From assembly GCA_963677925.2 (NCBI GenBank), contig CAXXYH010000003.1:1376001-1440000 (forward strand): a stretch of DNA of 64,000 nucleotides, given 5' to 3'. This stretch comes from Spirochaetia bacterium. Its GTDB lineage: Bacteria; Spirochaetota; Spirochaetia; UBA9216. The notes under the pieces were generated by a model. It did not search any database. It saw only the letters and a list, made by a program, of their open reading frames with translations, and was not told the DNA's origin. Position numbers and translations under genes: made by a program. Below, in pieces: positions 37,545 to 47,336 of this stretch. Numbering within the stretch: the first letter of the stretch is position 1; every line of letters starts with the position of its first letter.

Positions 37545-38027
37545 CTAACGTTCTACATTTATGATCATAACATTCCAGCCGTCAAGAACAGGATTTTCTT
37601 CTACAGCTCTTATAAAATCATCGGTTGCGCTAAACTCACCGACTTTTGTGTACTCACCGCTCACCTGGGCATCATGGAAGAAAAGAACAAGTCGGTTGGG
37701 TTTGGAATAATACACTTCACCGGCTTTTTCAGATTTTACAGTCTTGGAGTTGGACGGAATAGTATACCTGGAAGGAATATCATAATAATGCATCACATCG
37801 CTGTTTTCAAAACCTTTAAATCCAACTATGGGAAGATTCCAGCTTGTTCTCCCCACATGCCTTGCAATTGCAACAGCAGTTTCATTATCTTCAAGTACCA
37901 GGGAATAAGCCTTGCCCTCGTAGCCAAAGATCACTTCCAAATCCGGAAGAGACCCGGAAGAACTCTGGGCAAAACTCACACCTGCGGCGGTAATAAACAC
38001 TATTAAAATAAAGAATATCTTTTTCAT
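37545..38027 (-). CDS. Cyclophilin-like fold protein, exported
   Basis: Signal peptide; LEDNETA..LP..AGEVYY..NRLVLFF..YTKVG. Confidence 0.72.
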   Translation of the reverse strand: MKKIFFILIVFITAAGVSFAQSSSGSLPDLEVIFGYEGKAYSLVLEDNETAVAIARHVGRTSWNLPIVGFKGFENSDVMHYYDIPSRYTIPSNSKTVKSEKAGEVYYSKPNRLVLFFHDAQVSGEYTKVGEFSATDDFIRAVEENPVLDGWNVMIINVER

Positions 38028-38038
38028 CTTAAATCCTG

Positions 38039-38908
38039 TTATTTCTTAAGATCTCCACCGTAAACAGGAAACATACTGGCTTCTCCGTAGTTTTTAATTT
38101 TTTCCATGTTTTTCAGCAGTTCCATATCATCGCCGGATATTTCAAAATCCACATCAGCATTATTTTTCATATGAGCAGGATTCGCAGTTTTTGGAATAGG
38201 AAGAAGTCCAAGCTGAAGGTCATAGCGGATAGCCAGCTGAGGTATAGTAACATTGTATCTTGAAGCAATATCTGCGACCTTTTCATTCTTCATCAATTCG
38301 CCATGTCCAACCGGAGAGTAAGCTTCAACAAGGATTCCCTTATCTTCACAGTATTTAATAAGTTCAGAGGGAGTATTGCTAATATGAGCAAGAATCTGAT
38401 TGACCATTGGTTTAACAGTGCAGTTTTCAAGAATGTTATCAAGATCTTCTTCTGTAAAATTTGAAACGCCGATAGCTTTAATTTTGCCAGCCTTGTATGC
38501 GTCTTCAAGAGCTCTCCATGCCTGACGGTTTCCTTCTAGGAACCGGTCATCTTCCTGATACTCCATCCAGGGTTTAGGACTGTGAATAATCATCATATCA
38601 AGATAATCAAGACCCATTGTTTTAAGCGAACCTGCAATTGAGGCAACAGCTTCATCATAATTTTTCACTTCAGCCGCAAGTTTAGTTGTAACAAAAAGTT
38701 CTTCTCTTTTTACACCGCAGGTTCTTACACCTTCACCTACTCCGCGTTCATTCTGATATGCCTGAGCAGTATCGATGTGCCTGTATCCAAGCGCTACTGC
38801 ATCTTTAACTGCCTGCACAGAATCTTCATCACTGATAAACCATGTTCCAAGTCCAAGGCGCGGAATTTCCACACCGTTTGAAAGCTTATAATTTTCTTCT
38901 AATATCAT
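38039..38908 (-). CDS. Aldo/keto reductase (2,5-DKG reductase-like)
   Basis: GLGTW, GYRHIDTAQAY, TTKL, IHSP, IGVSNF, IPK. Confidence 0.95.
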   Translation of the reverse strand: MILEENYKLSNGVEIPRLGLGTWFISDEDSVQAVKDAVALGYRHIDTAQAYQNERGVGEGVRTCGVKREELFVTTKLAAEVKNYDEAVASIAGSLKTMGLDYLDMMIIHSPKPWMEYQEDDRFLEGNRQAWRALEDAYKAGKIKAIGVSNFTEEDLDNILENCTVKPMVNQILAHISNTPSELIKYCEDKGILVEAYSPVGHGELMKNEKVADIASRYNVTIPQLAIRYDLQLGLLPIPKTANPAHMKNNADVDFEISGDDMELLKNMEKIKNYGEASMFPVYGGDLKK

Positions 38909-38930
38909 AATTGTTCTCCTTATAAGTCTT

Positions 38931-39791
38931 TTAATCCAGACTTAATTTTACTGTTACATTTCCCTTACCGAGAATTTTCTTCAGCTCTTCTGCTGAAATA
39001 TTTTTTATTTTTCCAATCCTGGTAAAGTTCCAGGAATTAGGAGCATAGTAGATAACAAAAGCATTCCCCTGATAGAGAATTAAATCTCCTGCCTCGGTAG
39101 TTATCTGCTCATCATTTCTGGGGAGACTCTTCGGCAGAGTTCCCACCTTTTCCATCGAACCGTAATCCCTCATATCTACGGCAACCGGTCCGTCGGCAAG
39201 CATCTTCTTCAAGGCTTCCGCGGTTGAATTATCCGCCAGTTCAGCGGTAAGTCTGGTATCGCCTACATATAAATTCACTGTGTTTTCCTCCTCTGCAATC
39301 TCTGCAAGTCTGATTTTAATATCAACTCTTCCCTTAAAAGATTTTACGATACTCATATCTTCATCATTGATTTTGCCAATGATTGGGATACCCGGCATAT
39401 TGCTGAATTTCTCTTCATGATCCACAAGAATGGTAAACCATCCTCCGAACCAGCCTATCTCTCCGATTTTCCAGCTTGTCCTTCCTTCGGAAGGATCTGA
39501 AGGAAGCTCCTCTCTGACAGTACCGCAGAGGTCATCTGCAGCTCGTGAAACTGAAACTGAATACGGAAGCATCTTTAAAAATTCACGACCGGCCAGGGTC
39601 GTATTTATTACAGCGCCCACTTCTGTACCGTTCATTTCAAGGATGACAGGTGTCCCGTCTTCAGACTGTATTGCATTTTCAGCCATAGTGCTGTTCTCCT
39701 GAACCATTTCCTCGCTGCCGGAAGCGGCAGCCGAAGAAATCGGTAAAATTATTATTATCAAACCAAGAATAATTTTTTTAATTTTCTTCAT
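38931..39791 (-). CDS. Exported protein with two cyclophilin-like domains
   Basis: N-domain resembles 4834..5283; C-domain resembles 336..815 (MRDYGSMEKVG, PNSWNFT). Confidence 0.8.
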   Translation of the reverse strand: MKKIKKIILGLIIIILPISSAAASGSEEMVQENSTMAENAIQSEDGTPVILEMNGTEVGAVINTTLAGREFLKMLPYSVSVSRAADDLCGTVREELPSDPSEGRTSWKIGEIGWFGGWFTILVDHEEKFSNMPGIPIIGKINDEDMSIVKSFKGRVDIKIRLAEIAEEENTVNLYVGDTRLTAELADNSTAEALKKMLADGPVAVDMRDYGSMEKVGTLPKSLPRNDEQITTEAGDLILYQGNAFVIYYAPNSWNFTRIGKIKNISAEELKKILGKGNVTVKLSLD

Positions 39792-39818
39792 TTTTATCTC
39801 CTAAGAAGTTATGAATAG

Positions 39819-39849
39819 AGAATACATGCTAGAGATTACTCTAGGTCAA
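39819..39849 (-). promoter_or_regulatory. MerR-type promoter (TTGACC-19 bp-TATTCT) with dyad CTAGAG-N4-CTCTAG
   Basis: 19-bp spacer containing the palindrome; same architecture at 44866..44896. Confidence 0.85.
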
Positions 39850-39934
39850 GCTTTATTCTTATAAATTTTCCCTTTTTTTACCTTTTTTCTTCGAATTCAA
39901 CATAACCTCCGGACTGTCTACCGAATGTTCTCTA

Positions 39935-40817
39935 CTAAAAGTTTCTTACAAGCCTGAAGCCTCTGCTGAAAAAAGCATCTGTCGAGGGTGTTGCCGAGCG
40001 GTAGGATGAGCGAAGATGCTTACCGAAATCATTCCATCCGCCGCCCCGGACAACCCTGAGGAAACCTCTGCAGGCCCTGATGGATTATCATTCCGTGCGG
40101 CATCATATTCACCATACACGTCAAAGCACCATTCGCTCACATTTCCGTGCATGTTATACAGACCGAACTGGTTAGGTTCAAACTTATCAATTTCAACAGG
40201 CTTTTCCCTGTAGACGCCGGGGAGAGGTATCCATCTCATGCTGTGCAAAATAGTGGTCTTCGATTGTGTAGGGATAAGTTCCGAAATAATTAGCTTCATC
40301 AACACTTATATTATTCCCGGTGTTAAATGGTGTGGCTGTACCGGCTCTGCAGGCATACTCCCCATTCTGCTTCCGTAGGAAGCCGGTATCCATTTGCAGC
40401 CCGATCCCATTCAACGTTTTTTCCGTCTATCCTGTATGCAGGCTGAAGTCCCTGAGAGCGGCTTAGAGCATTGCAGTATTCAACGGCATCATACCAGGTT
40501 ACCGATTCAACAGGCAGATTGTCACCTTTAAACCCGGATGGATTTGTGCCCGTAATCTCTGAATACTCTTTCTGGGACAGCTCATATTTACTTATATAAA
40601 AATCGTTCACAGTTACGGTGTGAAGAAGCTCATCAGTCTCCCGCCAGGATTCCGATTCAGGGCTCCCCATTCTGAAAGTCTCTCCTTTTATCAGAACCAT
40701 ATCTGAAGACAGAGGCTCAGAATTCTGCGAACCGTCCAGCCTTCCCTGAGAATAAGCAGAAAATACAGAACTTAGTAAAACTGAGAGCACCATAACCCTA
40801 ATTAACTTTCTGTTCAT
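39935..40817 (-). pseudogene. Formylglycine-generating-enzyme (FGE/SUMF1)-family gene broken by three frameshifts
   Basis: F.MGS, LPVESVTW, YRLPTEAEW|EYACR, PNQFGLYNMHGNVSEW, RVVRGGGW..RS..R..GFRLVR lie in successive frames; shifts near 40360, 40220, 40064. Confidence 0.85.
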
Positions 40818-41417
40818 TTCAAAACCACCCCGTTATCTGTAAGCCATTCTTTTATATCTTTTTCAAGCGACCCACGCCCCCCGTAATAAACCTCAAAAGG
40901 CTCAAGGATTTCAGAGCCCGGACTTGATTTTAGCAATAGCGGAAATAGACTGCCCGAAGCGGCCGCCTCCGTGTGTGCAGAATGGAATAATTCTCTTACC
41001 GGAAAGATCATATTCTTCAAGAAATGTTGCAATAGGCATGGGAATTGATGCCCACCAGTTTGCAAAGCCAAGGTAGATAGTATCGTACTGATCAATATTA
41101 TCAATTTTATTTTTTATCTGTGGTCTGTCTTTTCGCTTCTGCGCATCCTTGGCCTCCGTAAGCACGGCGTTGTAGCCTGATGAGTAAGGTGATACCAGCT
41201 CTATCTCAAAAACATCTGCCCCTGTAAGCTCCTGTACTATTGCAGCAATAGATACAGTATTGCCGCTTGCGTATGTTACAGCATCAACATCTCCGGACAG
41301 ATTTTTGTTTCTGGAGCTTGGATAGATTACCAGCAGCTGCTTTCCATTATCCTGCGCATTAACAGCCAGAGCAATTAAGAGAAAAATACAGATGTTAATT
41401 AAAATCTTTTTTTTCAT
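40814..41417 (-). pseudogene. Exported flavodoxin-like protein with one frameshift
   Basis: GNT..IA, YDTIYLGF.NWW, PFCTHGGGRFG; C-terminus (SPGSEILE..IKEWL) in another frame after the A4 run at 40928..40931. Confidence 0.82.
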
Positions 41418-41431
41418 ATTTCACCTCTCTG

Positions 41432-42112
41432 CTATTTTGTATATCCCATTCCGCGCAGCCATTTTTCAAGCTCAGGACGGGAAACGTTTATTTGTGAACG
41501 GTAAAATCCTTTTTCTTTTTCAAGTTCAGCGGATGAAGGCAGAAGCTTTTTCAAATCTCTTATGGTTCTGGCGACTCCGCTTGTACCATGAGCCACAAAG
41601 GGAATAACTGTTTTTCCGGAAAGATCATTCTCTTCCACAAAACTTGCTACAGCCATGGGAATGGTGTACCACCATGTTGGGAAACCAAGAAAAACAACAT
41701 CATAATCCGAGAGGCTTCGCACTTTGGAGGTTAACACAGGTCTTGCTCTGTCAGCCTTCTCATCAGCAGCCCTATCCAGAATCTCGTCCCAGTAGCAGGA
41801 ATACTTATCCTGAACCTGAATAGAGAAAATATCTCCGCCTGCTGTTTGCTGGATCCATTCTGCAAGCTGTCCTGTATTACCCGGCGGAAGCACACTTGCC
41901 GTGGTTACCGTATCGACGCCCGAACTGTTTTCCATGCTGAAGACATGCCCGTTTGCATCGCGGATAGCTTTTGCCCGATCGAGGATTACTGTGTTATCAG
42001 CCCAGGTAAAATAGGCTATGAGAATTTTCTGCTCGGCCTGAGCTTGCAACTGCATCAGACTGCTAAACAGCATCAGTATTGATAATGATATAATTATTTT
42101 TGGTTTAAGCAT
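41432..42112 (-). CDS. Exported flavodoxin-like protein
   Basis: Signal peptide; ILIAYFTW, PGNT, YDVVFLGFPTWWY, PFVAHGTSG. Confidence 0.88.
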   Translation of the reverse strand: MLKPKIIISLSILMLFSSLMQLQAQAEQKILIAYFTWADNTVILDRAKAIRDANGHVFSMENSSGVDTVTTASVLPPGNTGQLAEWIQQTAGGDIFSIQVQDKYSCYWDEILDRAADEKADRARPVLTSKVRSLSDYDVVFLGFPTWWYTIPMAVASFVEENDLSGKTVIPFVAHGTSGVARTIRDLKKLLPSSAELEKEKGFYRSQINVSRPELEKWLRGMGYTK

Positions 42113-42794
42113 TTATCTGTCTCCGTATTTTAAGTTGCCCCAGCAGCCTTGTAAAATAAAAGGTCACTGAAGCAAACAGAATGACCATGGATATATATTC
42201 AAAAAAGAAATACAATACCGGCTGCTCAAAATCGAAAAATACGAACTGAATCCGCAAAAACATATAGGATGCAATCTGATTCTTAATAAAGGCGTAAATG
42301 CCGAAACCAGACATCAGAACTGCCAGTACATTCAATAACACCCTCACTCGGACTGAAATTCCGGATTTTGTGCTCTTTGCTGTTATTTTAATAACCCTGC
42401 TCCAGTGCATTCCCAGATGAAGTGATGATAGAACAAAACCCCAATAGGATGTAACCATGTGCAGCTTTCTTGCGAAATCCATCCCTCCATCTATATTCAA
42501 AAAACTGAAAACATATGAAGAGAGCATTATGCTGCTGACAACAAGACCAATCGCACTAAGCAGAAGCAGGATGTTTATGATGTTATTCACAGACCTCCTC
42601 AAATGATAGGGTGGAACTGCCAAAGATTTGTACCATTTGCGGTTGAGAACTGTATGCACAATCCAGAGAGCAATCAGCAGGGTTCCAATTATTTCATGGG
42701 CAAGATCACCGGTGAGCATATATGCCATAAGGATAATCAGGGATACTGTCATGCTGATATCAACGATGATTTTTAGTTTCAGCTTTGAAGTCAT
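42105..42794 (-). CDS. DUF4405-family membrane protein (cytochrome b-like His pattern)
   Basis: HEIIG..H..LN..W; H...SYWGFVL.SLHLGMHW; start at MTSKLK behind AGGAG. Confidence 0.75.
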   Translation of the reverse strand: MTSKLKLKIIVDISMTVSLIILMAYMLTGDLAHEIIGTLLIALWIVHTVLNRKWYKSLAVPPYHLRRSVNNIINILLLLSAIGLVVSSIMLSSYVFSFLNIDGGMDFARKLHMVTSYWGFVLSSLHLGMHWSRVIKITAKSTKSGISVRVRVLLNVLAVLMSGFGIYAFIKNQIASYMFLRIQFVFFDFEQPVLYFFFEYISMVILFASVTFYFTRLLGQLKIRRQINA

Positions 42795-42795
42795 A

Positions 42796-43953
42796 TCATT
42801 TCTCCTTAAGTGCAGTTTCAAGCCGTGACAATGCATCTTCAACAGTACTGCGGGGACATGCAGTATTCATTCTGAGAAAGCCCGAACCTCCCGTCCCGTA
42901 ATGTCTGCCGTCAGTGAGGTAAAGACCCGTTTTTTCACGGATAAGACGGCAGAGCTCAGTACTGTCCTGAGTAATTTGCCTGCAGTCAAGCCACAGCAGA
43001 TAGGTAGCCTCTGACGGAACCACTGTAATACGGGGAATCCGTTCGGAGATAAAATTTCTTATGAACTGTTTATTCTGATACAGATACTCTCTCAGCTCTT
43101 CAAGCCAGGATTCGCCATGATTAAAAGCAGCAGTGACGGCCGGAACAGCAAAGGAATTAGGCTCGGCAATTTCATCGGTATTCAGCGCCCTGTACATTTT
43201 ATTGCGCAGATTTTCACCGGGGACCATAGCGGCTGCACTGTGCATGCCTGCAAGGTTGAATGCCTTAGAGGCTGAAAGAAATGTAACACTGTTATCCCTG
43301 CAGTCATCTGATACTGATGCAAAAGGAATGTAGTTTTTACCAGGATCAGTCAGGTCACAGTGGATTTCATCCGACAGGACTGTTACATTATTTTCCCTGC
43401 ACATTCTGCCTATCTTCTGAAGTTCCTCAATTTTCCATATTTTACCAACGGGATTATGCGGATTGCATAAAATCATCAGGCTTGTCTGAGGATCCCGTAG
43501 CTTTTCTTCAAGATCAGCAAAATCGATGTCATAGCCACGGCCGTTATAAGTCAACGGACTTTCAAGTATATGACGTCCGTTGTTAACTATTGAATTATAG
43601 AAGATATTGTAGACAGGGCTCTGTATCAGAACCTTTTCACCTGCAGTAGAAAGTTTCCGGACTGCACTGGATACAGCCGGAACAACACCTGTGCTGAATA
43701 TCAGCCAGTCTTTCTTCATTTGAAAATTATGTCGTCTCTGCCACCAGCTGATATATGCGTCATACCAGGAATCCTGAACAACTGAATACCCGAATACTCC
43801 ATGGCTGACGCGCTCATTAAGTGCAGTGATAATTTCAGGAGCTGTTTTGAAATCCATGTCGGCAACCCACATTGGGATTTCGCCTTCATTTATATCCCAT
43901 TTCAGGCTGTCCGTACCGGCTCTTTTTACCGGCTCATCAAAATCATACTTCAT
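42796..43953 (-). CDS. patB: MalY/PatB-family PLP-dependent cystathionine beta-lyase
   Basis: PMWVADMDF, LCNPHNPVG, SDEIH.D, SASKAFNLAG, EATYLLWLD. Confidence 0.9.
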   Translation of the reverse strand: MKYDFDEPVKRAGTDSLKWDINEGEIPMWVADMDFKTAPEIITALNERVSHGVFGYSVVQDSWYDAYISWWQRRHNFQMKKDWLIFSTGVVPAVSSAVRKLSTAGEKVLIQSPVYNIFYNSIVNNGRHILESPLTYNGRGYDIDFADLEEKLRDPQTSLMILCNPHNPVGKIWKIEELQKIGRMCRENNVTVLSDEIHCDLTDPGKNYIPFASVSDDCRDNSVTFLSASKAFNLAGMHSAAAMVPGENLRNKMYRALNTDEIAEPNSFAVPAVTAAFNHGESWLEELREYLYQNKQFIRNFISERIPRITVVPSEATYLLWLDCRQITQDSTELCRLIREKTGLYLTDGRHYGTGGSGFLRMNTACPRSTVEDALSRLETALKEK

Positions 43954-43961
43954 ACTGATGA

Positions 43962-44861
43962 TTATACCACCTCAGCTAAATCTTCAGCTTCACTTCGGCA
44001 GATAATCCTGGTCTGTCCGGCATCAACCTTATCTTCTTCCATTATAATCTCACCGATACTGTCGGCTCTTATAATTCCGCCGTAGGGATTTTTTATACTG
44101 TCAATACTGCCCCGGACATCAACATCTACGGTTGAATATTCAAATGCCAGGTCTGTGTTCATAAGTGTACAGTCTTTCATTACAAGATTTTCGATGTAGC
44201 ACATCCCCTGCAGGCTCTCGATTGTACAGTTAATAAAAGTCAGATTCTTAGAATTCCAGCCGAGGTATTCACTGGAAATAAAGGAATCATAGACTGTTAC
44301 ATTTTCGCTGTTCCAGAAGGCATCCTTGGTTACCATGTGGGCATTTCTTACCTCTGCATTTTTTACACCGTCAAAAGAGTATCCGCCGACCAGAGATAAT
44401 CCGTCTACAGAAAGATTTTCACTGTTCATTGCAAAATAATCTCCCTTGACATTTATATTTTCAAGCCTGATATTTTTGCAGCTCCACAGTGTTTCAGCTG
44501 CATTGGACATAAGAACATTCTTCAACTCAATATCGTTGCAGCGTCTGAAGTTTTTAGGTGCCTCAATCACACTGTTCTCTACAGATATCCGGTTTGTGTA
44601 CCAGACACCTGCCCGCCCCATTTCCATCCAGGTACTGTTGCTGACATTTACATCACTGCAGTACCAGAGCGGATATTTCCATTTAAAAACTGATCCCTGC
44701 AGTTCAATCTGACTTGCTTCTTTTAAGGGTGATTCGCCTTCTTCAAAAACAGTATTTATTACCCGGAGATTATTTCCCTGAAAGAGAGCTCTTTCTCCCT
44801 TCAGAACCTGATTTTCGATTTGTTTCTTTTCTTTTGTGTTCATCTTATTCATTTGCCTCAT
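43962..44861 (-). CDS. DUF3737-family beta-helix protein
   Basis: GERALF, GESPLKE, KYPLW, KDAFW, EYLGW, TDLAFEYS; usual neighbour of PatB; start may be 44852 or 44843. Confidence 0.85.
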   Translation of the reverse strand: MRQMNKMNTKEKKQIENQVLKGERALFQGNNLRVINTVFEEGESPLKEASQIELQGSVFKWKYPLWYCSDVNVSNSTWMEMGRAGVWYTNRISVENSVIEAPKNFRRCNDIELKNVLMSNAAETLWSCKNIRLENINVKGDYFAMNSENLSVDGLSLVGGYSFDGVKNAEVRNAHMVTKDAFWNSENVTVYDSFISSEYLGWNSKNLTFINCTIESLQGMCYIENLVMKDCTLMNTDLAFEYSTVDVDVRGSIDSIKNPYGGIIRADSIGEIIMEEDKVDAGQTRIICRSEAEDLAEVV

Positions 44862-44865
44862 AATG

Positions 44866-44896
44866 AATGTACAACCTAGAGCTTACTCTATGTCAA
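44866..44896 (-). promoter_or_regulatory. MerR-type promoter (TTGACA-19 bp-TACATT) with dyad TAGAG-N4-CTCTA
   Basis: Minus strand TTGACATAGAGTAAGCTCTAGGTTGTACATT. Confidence 0.85.
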
Positions 44897-44969
44897 GCTT
44901 ATTGAGATGAATTTCACCCTTTTTTTCAATAAATCCGTATTTTTATACCTGGAGCAGCAAGTTTGAATA

Positions 44970-47282
44970 CTATGTTACGAGTTTTATATGAGATGCAGGT
45001 TCTTTTACAGCTATTCCAGGCGGAATATCAGCTTTTACCTCTAATTTCCGATCTACAAGTTTCCAGGAAATTTCTGCGGTCCCCCGCGGGGTAACAGCCT
45101 TTCCCTGTGCCCACTGCAGAAGTCCGGGAACAGGATTAATCTCCATTTCAGAAAAACCAGGGGCTGAAGGCCTTACTCCTAGAATTACTGAAGGAAGTTC
45201 ATACAGAGCAAGGGCACCCCAGGCATGGCAGTCGCTGCGGCTTAGAACATTATCCTCTTCACATGTTGTGAGATTCTTTTTCAGCATATCACGCCAGATA
45301 TTCCACAGTGCATCAGTTCTGTCATACATTCCACACATTTCAAGGGCACGGAAAAGATAAAACATCATGGCAACTGAACACTGTGCATAACTTTCCGGGT
45401 CATCTAAAGTCATTTTGAGTAAACCTTTGCCTTCTTCAGCTGAGACTGTACCGGTAAGGATGGCAAAAACCTGGGAATGCTGACTGCATACCTTGGTATA
45501 GGGACCGTCCGTAAACATACCGTCTGACCTGCGGCAGTGATTTTTTACTGCACTCTGAACCGATGCCGCCTCATTAAGAAGCTGAGCGGAAAGATCTGCG
45601 TACCCAAGCCATGAACATATTTCCGCCGAATATTTCAAACCAAGTATAAACAGAAGACTTTCCATCGTAATCGGACCGTCAAATGTTGCAGGGGGAACAC
45701 CGAAGGAGGTTTTCCACTCTTTAGTCCAGTCTATGAATGACCATACGCGTGAACTGAAAAGCAGTCCGCCAATTTTTTTCACAAGACCATTCTCGCTGAG
45801 GTTTCTGCGGAAAAAATTAATTACGCCGAGGATGGACGGAAGATGCTCCTGTAAAAGTATCCTGTCTCCGAAGTACATCATGTGGTCATATACCATACCT
45901 ATATAAAAAACTGAAAACCCGGGAATGATATGATCTTCAAAATTGGGATATGAGCAGTTTATCATTCCGTCAAACTTCGAAGATCTTCTAAAATCTTCCA
46001 TACATTGCCTGGCAAGCCGGTCGTCAGCGGACACTGCGTAGGTATAAAGAATCTGACTTCTTGAATCCATGGCATACTGCATCTGCTCATAAAAGGGACA
46101 GTCTTCATAGGTCTCGTGCATGCATAGACGAAGACTCCGCTCACTGATGTCCCAGATTCCATCAAAGGTCTGATCAGAAATCATGGCAGAGCTTTTTATT
46201 TCAAGCGGATACGCAAAATACCGGTATAAAAAATCTTTAAGAACAAGAGGCTCATTTCCTGTACTTATTTCAAGTCTGATATAGCGGAAAGTCCGGAACC
46301 AGAAGGTCTCATAAACTTCTACCGACTCGCCTGCAGTCGCACCGCTGACAGAGTAAGTATCTGTAAAACCGAACAGCTTTCCTTTTTCCGAATCTGTCCG
46401 GTCTCCTTTGAGAGGAATAAAATGCCCTTCGTTATCATCCACAGGATCATATGCATAGCATTCCGAGGTCAGTAAACTTATGGTAGCACCTGCTCCTCCA
46501 GACATTTTCAGTACCGGAAAACCCGTTGTCTCGGCACCTGCACTGATCTCGATAATCTCTGTAGTTTCAGGAGCAATCACAAGCGGCATTCCATCCTGGA
46601 GGGAATTATTCCATTCGTCCGCGGAAAGTGCCGACCTCCTTATCACCTGAATATTTTCAAAACGCCTCTCCTCCGAGTATAGAAGCGGTATTGTTCTTTC
46701 CTGAAGACATTCAGGAAGCAGGATTTCCGGAACCTCAGAACCTCCCCTAACCTTGACGCTTTTCCAGTTACAATCATCAAAGCTCTCACTGAATACACCG
46801 GAATTATAGGAAGTTCCTGCAGTATTCTCAAATATTGACAGGGGAGCAAAATGAGCATCCTCAGCATAGAGAGAGACATCCGACTCTGTGTATTTCCAGC
46901 TTTCGTCTGTGTTAAACACAGAACCCTGTATATACAGGCCCGGACAGCCTGTTCTGTGCACCGAAAAATTACCTCCCCGATGCCGGGTACTTACTTCAAG
47001 GATTTCAGCAACAACTATATTACCGCCGTCATTTAAAAAGGGTTTAATATCAATGCGATCAAAATAGTGAATATTCCGGTCCCCCTTCTGAGGCCCCATA
47101 TTAATAAAACTGCCGTTTATATAAAGTTTATATTTGGAGTCAGCTGTTATTATTATTTCAGCAGGACCATCAGCCTGAAGGTATTCAACAGTTTTTCTGA
47201 AGTATATAACTCTTCCAGGCTTTGACATATCCAAATCTGATTCTTCGATCCATATCCAGTTTGCTGTGTTTTCCGATTTCAA
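44970..47282 (-). CDS. GH78 alpha-L-rhamnosidase-like glycosidase
   Basis: TADSKYKLYING, FRYI, HETYEDCPFYEQMQY..D, FIDW, TTCEE, RSDCHAW. Confidence 0.88.
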   Translation of the reverse strand: MKSENTANWIWIEESDLDMSKPGRVIYFRKTVEYLQADGPAEIIITADSKYKLYINGSFINMGPQKGDRNIHYFDRIDIKPFLNDGGNIVVAEILEVSTRHRGGNFSVHRTGCPGLYIQGSVFNTDESWKYTESDVSLYAEDAHFAPLSIFENTAGTSYNSGVFSESFDDCNWKSVKVRGGSEVPEILLPECLQERTIPLLYSEERRFENIQVIRRSALSADEWNNSLQDGMPLVIAPETTEIIEISAGAETTGFPVLKMSGGAGATISLLTSECYAYDPVDDNEGHFIPLKGDRTDSEKGKLFGFTDTYSVSGATAGESVEVYETFWFRTFRYIRLEISTGNEPLVLKDFLYRYFAYPLEIKSSAMISDQTFDGIWDISERSLRLCMHETYEDCPFYEQMQYAMDSRSQILYTYAVSADDRLARQCMEDFRRSSKFDGMINCSYPNFEDHIIPGFSVFYIGMVYDHMMYFGDRILLQEHLPSILGVINFFRRNLSENGLVKKIGGLLFSSRVWSFIDWTKEWKTSFGVPPATFDGPITMESLLFILGLKYSAEICSWLGYADLSAQLLNEAASVQSAVKNHCRRSDGMFTDGPYTKVCSQHSQVFAILTGTVSAEEGKGLLKMTLDDPESYAQCSVAMMFYLFRALEMCGMYDRTDALWNIWRDMLKKNLTTCEEDNVLSRSDCHAWGALALYELPSVILGVRPSAPGFSEMEINPVPGLLQWAQGKAVTPRGTAEISWKLVDRKLEVKADIPPGIAVKEPASHIKLVT

Positions 47283-47336
47283 TTTTGTTCTCCGGTTTTT
47301 TACAGGCCTGAAAAAGTTTAACTTGCAGAATAAAAC

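Noticed and set aside
39859-39910. GGAGG followed by a 14-codon Lys-rich mini-ORF (MLNSKKKGKKRENL) on the minus strand
   Set aside because: RBS-ATG spacing is only 2 nt and the sequence is low complexity; could be a gene remnant but cannot be supported
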